NCBI GenBank assembly: GCA_963770935.1
Contig: CAVYRJ010000011.1
Span: 32,001 to 96,000, forward strand
Origin: Candidatus Bathyarchaeota archaeon
GTDB taxonomy: Archaea; Thermoproteota; Bathyarchaeia; Bathyarchaeales; Bathycorpusculaceae
DNA length: 64,000 nucleotides
Direction of reading: 5' to 3'
Shown: positions 57,788 to 64,000 of the stretch, piece by piece
How positions within the stretch are numbered: position 1 is the stretch's first letter
Layout: each line of letters opens with the position of its first letter
Notes under the pieces: model-generated
What the model saw: only the letters and a program-made list of their open reading frames with translations
Databases searched by the model: none
Told to the model about the DNA's origin: nothing
Translations under genes and position numbers: made by a program

Positions 57788-58852
57788 TTGCAAACCCCTA
57801 AACAGTGGAAAACATGTATGATCGAAATCGATGGAAGCCAAAAAAGCGGAAGCGGCACATTACTACGCCTATCCATAGCCATAGCCGCCATCCAAGGGCA
57901 GCAAATTCATCTAACTAACATCCGCCAAAACCGCCCCAAACCAGGGTTAAAACCCCAGCATCTTGAAGCTGTGTTGACTGCAGGGAAGCTTTGCAATGCA
58001 AAAATCAAAGGAGCCACCTTAGGATCCAGAGAACTTTGGTTTTCGCCGCAGGAAATCAAAGGTGGCAACGTCGAAGCAACAATTGAAACCGCAGGAAGCA
58101 TCCCCATGCTGTTCTCTGCAACGCTTCCAATCTGTTTGTTTGCCCAAAATCCCGTGCGTGTGCATGTTGCTAAAGGCGGAACAGACACCATTCACGCCCC
58201 GACCATAAACTACCTCAGAAACGTGCTCCTGCCAGCTTTAAAGCGAATGGGTGTTGAAGCGGAAATTTCTGTTCAAAAATACGGATATTATCCTAGGGGG
58301 ATGGGTGAAGCAACGATGACTGTTAAGCCTAACTGTTATCTTAAGCCGTTTCAGGTTGTATCTTTTGGTAAGTTGGAGGCGATTAAAGGTATCTCTGTCT
58401 GCACCTATCTTGCTGATAGACAAGTTGCTGAGAGGCAAGCGAAGGCAACAAAGGATTACCTTTCCCAAAATGGTTTCAAATCTGAAATCCAAGTTCTAAA
58501 CGACCAATCAAATCCCATCCAAAAAGGCAGCTCACTTGTTCTGTGGGCACAAACCGACAATGGCGTAATTATTGGCGCTGACGCGATTGGGGAACTGCGA
58601 AAAATGGCTGAGGCTGTCGGGAAAGAAGCCGCTCAAAAACTTGTAGCTGAACTGTCAGTTCAGCCAACGGTTGATGTTTTCTTGGCAGACATGCTTATCC
58701 CCTACATGGCGCTGACGCAAGGAAAATCGGTTTTTCTGGTGCGAACAATCTCTGAGCATATTGAATCGAATATTTGGCTGATGGAAAAAATGTTAAACGT
58801 TAAATTCATCATCGAAAAAGTAAACAATCTCTATAAGATAGAAAAAAGCTGA
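57788..58852 (+). CDS. rtcA: RNA 3'-terminal phosphate cyclase
   Basis: IEIDGS, NIR.NRP.PGL.PQH, TAGSI, GGTD, GYYPRG.G and VD.FLAD.LIPY. Confidence 0.93.
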   Translation: MQTPKQWKTCMIEIDGSQKSGSGTLLRLSIAIAAIQGQQIHLTNIRQNRPKPGLKPQHLEAVLTAGKLCNAKIKGATLGSRELWFSPQEIKGGNVEATIETAGSIPMLFSATLPICLFAQNPVRVHVAKGGTDTIHAPTINYLRNVLLPALKRMGVEAEISVQKYGYYPRGMGEATMTVKPNCYLKPFQVVSFGKLEAIKGISVCTYLADRQVAERQAKATKDYLSQNGFKSEIQVLNDQSNPIQKGSSLVLWAQTDNGVIIGADAIGELRKMAEAVGKEAAQKLVAELSVQPTVDVFLADMLIPYMALTQGKSVFLVRTISEHIESNIWLMEKMLNVKFIIEKVNNLYKIEKS

Positions 58853-58858
58853 ACAGCC

Positions 58859-59930
58859 ATGCCCAAACCATCAGTCTGTATCAAAGTTCCGAAATCAAAC
58901 GGCGAAAAAACAATAATGTTAATCACAAAATTTGGGTTAGCCGACAAATCGCTGGTAATCCAAAGAGAACAAGACAGCCTCTGCATTCCCCTTATTAGAG
59001 AACCCAAAGGCATAGAGCTAACGACTCTGAAAAGCCAAATTCGCAATTTCAGTATCTTAACTGCTGTTTTTAGCGAAAAGCAACTTACTACCCGAAACTC
59101 TAACCCAAGCTCTCCAAGACAAACTTCCCGCTGATTTACTTGCTAACGTACCTCAAGCCTTCGACATAATCGGTGACGTAGTTGTAATCGACATTCAACC
59201 CAAACTCAGACCTTACCAGAACATCATCGGCGAAGCAATAATGCAAACACAAAAAAACGTTAACACTGTCCTAGCCAAAGCAAGCGACATAAGCGGCGTC
59301 TTTCGTGTCCGCGACTATGACTACATCGCTGGGAAACACAAAACCCAAACCATCCACCGTGAATTCGGCTGCCAATACCACGTTGACATAGCAAAAGCAT
59401 ACTTTTCTCCGCGGCTGTCACATGAACACGAACGAGTGGCTGTGCAGGTGCAGGACGGCGGGACGGTAGCGGACTTGTTCGCGGGAGTTGGACCTTTCTC
59501 AGTGCTAATTGGCAAGCGGAATCCAACAGTGACAGTTTACGCCATCGACATAAACCCCGACGCCTTTGAACTGCTTAAGGTAAACGTGCGGGTTAACAAG
59601 GTAGAAAACCATGTCTTCCCAATACTTGCCAACGCACGAGAAATTGCCGCAACCAAACTCAAGGGCACTGCTGATCGAGTGATTATGAATTTACCTGAAA
59701 CCGCCATCGACTTTGTTGACTCTGCCTGCAACGTAATTAAGCCCGAAGGTGGAGTTGCGCATTTTTATGGGTTTGTCCGTTTACCCGACTCAATAGAAAA
59801 CCTCAAACAGCGCTTCTCTGAGTTGGTCAAGAAAAATGGGCGACAGGTCGAATCATTCATTTATTCTAAAAGTATCCGTGAGACCGCTCCTTTTGAGTCG
59901 CAGGTCGTTTTGGACGCTAAAATCGTTTAG
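58859..59930 (+). CDS. trm5: Trm5/Met-10-like tRNA methyltransferase (frameshift near 59090)
   Basis: AFDIIGD (between the two ORFs), GVFRVR, AYFSPRL..E, DLFAGVGPF, DINP and DRVIMNLP. Confidence 0.87.
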
Positions 59931-60361
59931 GCTTCAACAGTTAAGGTTATTTTGACTTTTTGTTTGGGGTTTTTCAGTTTCTCTCTGAGTTCTCTGGAGA
60001 GGTCGTTTGATGCTTTGTCTGCGCAGATGGCTAAGGTGCGGTTACAGACGTAGCTGCTTTTTCTTACTACTATGTCGGTTGGGTGGATTAATATCAAATT
60101 AGGTGCGCCGGAGGCAAAGATTATCTCCTTTAAACCTTCTACTTCTATTGTGATTGACAGTTTGGCGTCTGGTTTTCTCAGATTCTCTTTGAATTCTGTG
60201 CCAAAATCTGCCAATGACTTGTTTGCTGCCATAGCGACGATGCAATCGCCATTTTTTGACACCTGTGTATCCTTTGTAATCATCAAGGTTGTAGGGTGAA
60301 TAGCTAAAATGTTAGGGTGACCAAACGCCCACAGAGTTTCCTTTGTTTGTTTAGGGCTCAA
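59927..60361 (-). CDS. DUF371-family protein
   Basis: GHPNI.A.HPTT..ITKD...GDCI, VVRKS and RTLAI.ADKA..DL. Confidence 0.88.
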   Translation of the reverse strand: MSPKQTKETLWAFGHPNILAIHPTTLMITKDTQVSKNGDCIVAMAANKSLADFGTEFKENLRKPDAKLSITIEVEGLKEIIFASGAPNLILIHPTDIVVRKSSYVCNRTLAICADKASNDLSRELREKLKNPKQKVKITLTVEA

Positions 60362-61327
60362 TTACTCGTTAACCTCAACCGAATCCACTTTTCCGTCCCC
60401 GTCCAAATCAAACCCCTGAATAGCAACCGCAAATGTGTCTTCGCCACTGTATTTCTCCAGCGTTTTCTTCCAGAAATTGGTCAACGCCAAAACGCACGCT
60501 TTAGTTCCCACCGCTTTGTTTCCAGCTAAAACCACGATGCATTTGCTGCTATCCCAAGGGTTCACTATTTTAGCTACGATCCCCGAAACATCCGAAGTGT
60601 AAACTTGCGTAGTCTTCTTCGAGGATAAGCCGCCCAGCAAAAAACCCTGCTCGGAGGATTGCATGATGAATTTAACGGGTAAATAATCGTTAACTTCCTG
60701 CGTTAGCAGATTAGTTCCCGGACCACCGACCAAGATGAGGTTGTTTTTTTCCTCTTTTTCCACCTTCACGTCAACGTCTAACTTTACTGCAAACTCGGTG
60801 GGCATCTTGGCAAATTGCCCCAGAAAAAGCGCTAAATGCGCTGCGTAGTGACCGTCTCGGGCGCTGGTTTTGAAGGGTCCATGCGGCGTTGGGCTGCCAA
60901 CCACTATTTTTCCGTCGAAGGTGCCTTTGTTGATGAATTCTTTGAAAGAATTTCTGCAGATGGTTCATCCAGACTTAGAGTACATATGTTCTGGATGGGT
61001 TTGTAGCCTTGAGGAAATTCAATTCCGAAGGCTGGGGAGACAGTTTTGTAGTATTTTGCTGTTGCGCCCTTCTTTTTTTCCTCTCTTACAACAATTATCG
61101 CTCCTGCTTTGGCGAGTTTTCTTATGTGGTAGTAGATTTTTTGTTCATGCATGTTATAGCTGTCTTGCGATTTCTAGGGGGTACATTTCTTTTTTTGAGA
61201 GGAGGCTGAGGATTTTCCAGCTTAGGCTGCCTAGTATGGTTTTTAGTTTTTGGGAGTCGGTTAGGATGCTGATTTCTTTTACTTGTTGGCTGTTGTCTTC
61301 TTGTTGGAGGAGCAGTTTTTTTTGCAT
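60362..61327 (-). CDS. ArsR-like HTH transcription regulator with C-terminal putative ligand-binding domain (two frameshifts)
   Basis: Joined frames: MQKKLLL...MYPLEIARQL / HEQKIYYHIRKL..AG.I...GATAKYY / VVGSPTPHGP...ARDGHY...NLILVGGP.TN...D.DGDG.VD..E. Confidence 0.8.
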
Positions 61328-61375
61328 TGTTGGTCTTAGGAATTAGAGTTGAAAGTACTATAAAAAATTTTTTTA

Positions 61376-61476
61376 TAGCGGTCAAAAATTATAGGCAAAA
61401 TGTCGCTTGTTGTTGTTTGTTTGCACGGAAATACAAGATAACCATTGAAAAAACTCTTTTAGTGGTCAAAAACTAT
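61376..61476. promoter_or_regulatory. two 17-bp direct repeats in the regulator/glmS divergent promoter
   Basis: TAGCGGTCAAAAATTAT (61376) and TAGTGGTCAAAAACTAT (61460), 15/17 identical. Confidence 0.55.
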
Positions 61477-61547
61477 TATTAAAAATCCTTATTAATAAAA
61501 CAAAACCTTCAATAGCCATCATCATTTGTGTACTGAAGGACCCAAAA

Positions 61548-63377
61548 ATGTGCGGAATATTCGGCTGTATCTTAAAAGAAGGAAACGCTGCACCCCTAAT
61601 CCATTCATCCCTAAAACGTCTCGAATATCGCGGCTATGACTCCGTCGGCATAGCAACCATCTCTAACGGAAAAATCTTCATAAAAAAAGACTCGGGCAAA
61701 ATCGATGAAGTACACAAAATCGTCAACCTAGACGACATGCCTGGCAGCATAGGCATTGGACACACACGCTGGGCAACCCATGGCGCCCCCCTAAAAGTTA
61801 ACTCTCACCCCCACACCGACTGCACAGGAGAAATCGTGGTAGTCCACAACGGAATCATAGAAAACTTCATGGAACTCAAGGCTGAACTTCAAAACCTTGG
61901 TCACACATTCGTTTCCAAAACAGACACCGAAGTTATGCCGCATCTAATCGAGGAAACCCTAAAACAAAACCTCAACCTCACACTCCAACAAGCCGTGTTA
62001 GCTAGCCTCAAACGGATAGATGGCTCCTATGCATTCGCCGTAATCTCAAGTCGCGAACCCGATAAAATAATCTGCGCCCGAAACGAAAGCCCACTGGTTT
62101 TAGGTATCAACGGCAAAGGGGTTTTCTGTGCGTCAGATATTCCCGCTTTTTTGGAGGTTACCAATAAAGCTGTTATGATAAACAACGGTGAACTCGTCAT
62201 TCTCACCGCAGGCGGGTACGAAATCCGAAAAATCTCCGACAATAGTCTTGTTATCCGTGAACCCATAACTATTGAGTGGACTCCGGAGATGGCGGTGAAG
62301 CAGGGGTATCCGCACTTTATGATTAAGGAAATCCATGAACAACCCCAAACTCTCAGAAACACCCTGCGTATTCAGGATCACTATTTGGATTTGTTGGCTA
62401 CTTTCCTTGACCGGGCCAACGAAGTTTTCTTGGTTGCCTGCGGAACAAGCTATCATGCCTGTTTGGCGGCTTCATACATGTTCTCTAAGTTGGCGTTTCT
62501 GCCTACTTATCCAGTTTATGCTTCAGAGTTTTTGGAGCAATGCGGCAAATCCGTCAACATCGACAGCACTATTTTAGCTGTGAGTCAATCAGGTGAAACC
62601 GCAGACACTTTAGCAGCAGTCAGTTGTGCACAGCAACGAGCAGCAACCGTGCTAAGCTTAACCAACGTTATAGGTTCATCTATGACTCGTATTTCCCGAG
62701 TTTACATTGGCACGCAGGCAGGTCCAGAAATCGGTGTGGCCGCCACAAAAACTTTCACCTCACAGCTCTCAGTCTTAGCCCAGCTTGCTTTGAAGTTGTC
62801 AAAAAAACGGGGCAAAATATCTCAGGATGAAATGGATTGCCTTGAGGTGAACCTCAAAAAGATGCCTGAAGACGTCGAAACGATTGTTCGGACCCAAGAA
62901 GAAAAAATAAAACAGATTGCAAAGAAATACTACAATTCCAAGGTGTTCTTCTTTTTAGGAAGAGGAATCAGCACCGCCACAGCGTTCGAAGGCAGGCTCA
63001 AACTCATGGAAATCGCCTACATCCCATCCATCGCGTTCCCAGCAGGCGAAAGCAAACATGGCCCCATCAGCCTGATTGAAGAGGGCTTCCCAGTCGTGTT
63101 CGTGTGCCCCAGAGATGACACCCACAAAACTGTCATCGGCAACATTATGGAGATGAAAGCCCGAGGTGCCCACATCATCGCTGTAATCGAGGAAGGCGAC
63201 GCAGAAATCAAATCCTTAGCCGACGACTACGTCGAAGTGCCAAAGGGCATACCAAGCGTACTTTCGCCCATTCCGTTTGCGGTACCACTGCAGTTATTGG
63301 CGTACTATGTAGCTCTGGAGAAAGGATTCGACCCTGATATGCCACGCAACCTGGCAAAATCAGTTACCGTAAAGTAA
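61548..63377 (+). CDS. glmS: glutamine--fructose-6-phosphate transaminase (isomerizing)
   Basis: MCGIFG, LEYRGYDS, GHTRWATHG, SQSGETADT and PRNLAKSVTV. Confidence 0.98.
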   Translation: MCGIFGCILKEGNAAPLIHSSLKRLEYRGYDSVGIATISNGKIFIKKDSGKIDEVHKIVNLDDMPGSIGIGHTRWATHGAPLKVNSHPHTDCTGEIVVVHNGIIENFMELKAELQNLGHTFVSKTDTEVMPHLIEETLKQNLNLTLQQAVLASLKRIDGSYAFAVISSREPDKIICARNESPLVLGINGKGVFCASDIPAFLEVTNKAVMINNGELVILTAGGYEIRKISDNSLVIREPITIEWTPEMAVKQGYPHFMIKEIHEQPQTLRNTLRIQDHYLDLLATFLDRANEVFLVACGTSYHACLAASYMFSKLAFLPTYPVYASEFLEQCGKSVNIDSTILAVSQSGETADTLAAVSCAQQRAATVLSLTNVIGSSMTRISRVYIGTQAGPEIGVAATKTFTSQLSVLAQLALKLSKKRGKISQDEMDCLEVNLKKMPEDVETIVRTQEEKIKQIAKKYYNSKVFFFLGRGISTATAFEGRLKLMEIAYIPSIAFPAGESKHGPISLIEEGFPVVFVCPRDDTHKTVIGNIMEMKARGAHIIAVIEEGDAEIKSLADDYVEVPKGIPSVLSPIPFAVPLQLLAYYVALEKGFDPDMPRNLAKSVTVK

Positions 63378-63421
63378 CTTTTATTTCCATCTAAGCTTAG
63401 GTTCAACTGGATGTTAAGGGA

Positions 63422-63574
63422 ATGAGCGAAATCCAAGCGCAAGACGCAATCTTAAGCACAACAATACTCAAAGCTTGTGGAACCTGCGGACACCCAAGAG
63501 GAACCCACTCGCAAGACCGACAATGCACCATTAAAGGCTGCACCTGCCAAAAATTCACTCAGTATGCTGTTTAG
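63422..63574 (+). CDS. 50-aa Cys/His-rich microprotein
   Basis: MSEIQAQDAILSTTILKACGTCGHPRGTHSQDRQCTIKGCTCQKFTQYAV; its stop overlaps the FEN1 stop. Confidence 0.65.
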   Translation: MSEIQAQDAILSTTILKACGTCGHPRGTHSQDRQCTIKGCTCQKFTQYAV

Positions 63575-64000
63575 CCGAACCATTTTTCAAGAGAAACCTT
63601 CCCCTTCTGCTTTTTGCTTCCAGACGTCATCCGCTCAAGCGATTTCTTGATACGTTCCTCACCAAACTCCTTTTCCCTGCACATAAAGTCAATTAAACCG
63701 TTCTCGTCGGGTTCTTTCCATTCTATCTTGTAGTTGTTTGTGACTGTTGGGTGGCAAAAGATTTCCTGTATTTCCTCTATCTTATCAGCGAAAGTCATGT
63801 TTTCTATATGTGGGATAGCGTTCTTCAAAGTGCCGTATTTTTTTATAAGTTTTAGAGCGGTTTTTGGTCCTATCCCTTTTACACCGTCAGGGTTAAAGTC
63901 AGTTCCGATCAATATTCCGACGTCAATAAGTTGCTCACGTGTTAACCCGCATTCATGAAGCGTTCTGGGCAATTCCACAACTTCAGGGACTACTTCAATT
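63571..64000 (-). CDS. fen: flap endonuclease 1, C-terminal part (runs off window end)
   Basis: REQLID.GIL.GTDFNPDG.KGIGPKTA H3TH motif and a C-terminal PIP-box-like SLEKWF. Confidence 0.95.
   Translation of the reverse strand, partial: IEVVPEVVELPRTLHECGLTREQLIDVGILIGTDFNPDGVKGIGPKTALKLIKKYGTLKNAIPHIENMTFADKIEEIQEIFCHPTVTNNYKIEWKEPDENGLIDFMCREKEFGEERIKKSLERMTSGSKKQKGKVSLEKWFG

Noticed and set aside
58859-59930. Programmed frameshifting or split-gene biology in trm5, nac and other genes
   Set aside because: No consistent slippery site or stimulatory structure was seen, and indels are scattered across the window, so sequencing error is more parsimonious.
61330-61547. glmS ribozyme upstream of glmS
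   Set aside because: The spacer is AT-rich, with no glmS ribozyme core or stems.

Overview
Archaeal chromosome segment, most consistent with Bathyarchaeia. Support: TFE, aTrm56, aMBF1, NAC, FEN1, archaeal ThrRS/ProRS, an arcadin-1-like protein and a Bathyarchaeia-style PQQ beta-propeller surface protein. 1-14.7 kb holds metabolism, redox, transport and envelope genes. An intact tRNA-Val(TAC) at 16252-16329 is preceded by a decayed Zn-ribbon (integrase-like) fragment. It is followed by two degenerate copies of itself (about 19637-19710 and 32082-32123), which bracket two tandem accessory islands. Island 1 is an AT-rich cassette of a membrane protein, a YdjM-like hydrolase and a nucleotidyltransferase. 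Island 2 opens with a tightly coupled operon: a divergent SelO/kinase-fold protein, a 516-aa helical protein, and a membrane-anchored Zn-ribbon protein, with a convergent GNAT. This operon is the best candidate for an undescribed system. 32.9-64 kb is mostly core information-processing and metabolic genes. It also contains a fluoride riboswitch upstream of a deleted crcB/DUF190 pair, an arcadin-1-like gene with no actin nearby, and a regulator divergent from glmS with repeated candidate operators. About 14 genes carry single-base frameshifts, including housekeeping genes, which most likely reflects sequencing indels. All family assignments come from motif recognition by eye; no searches were run.
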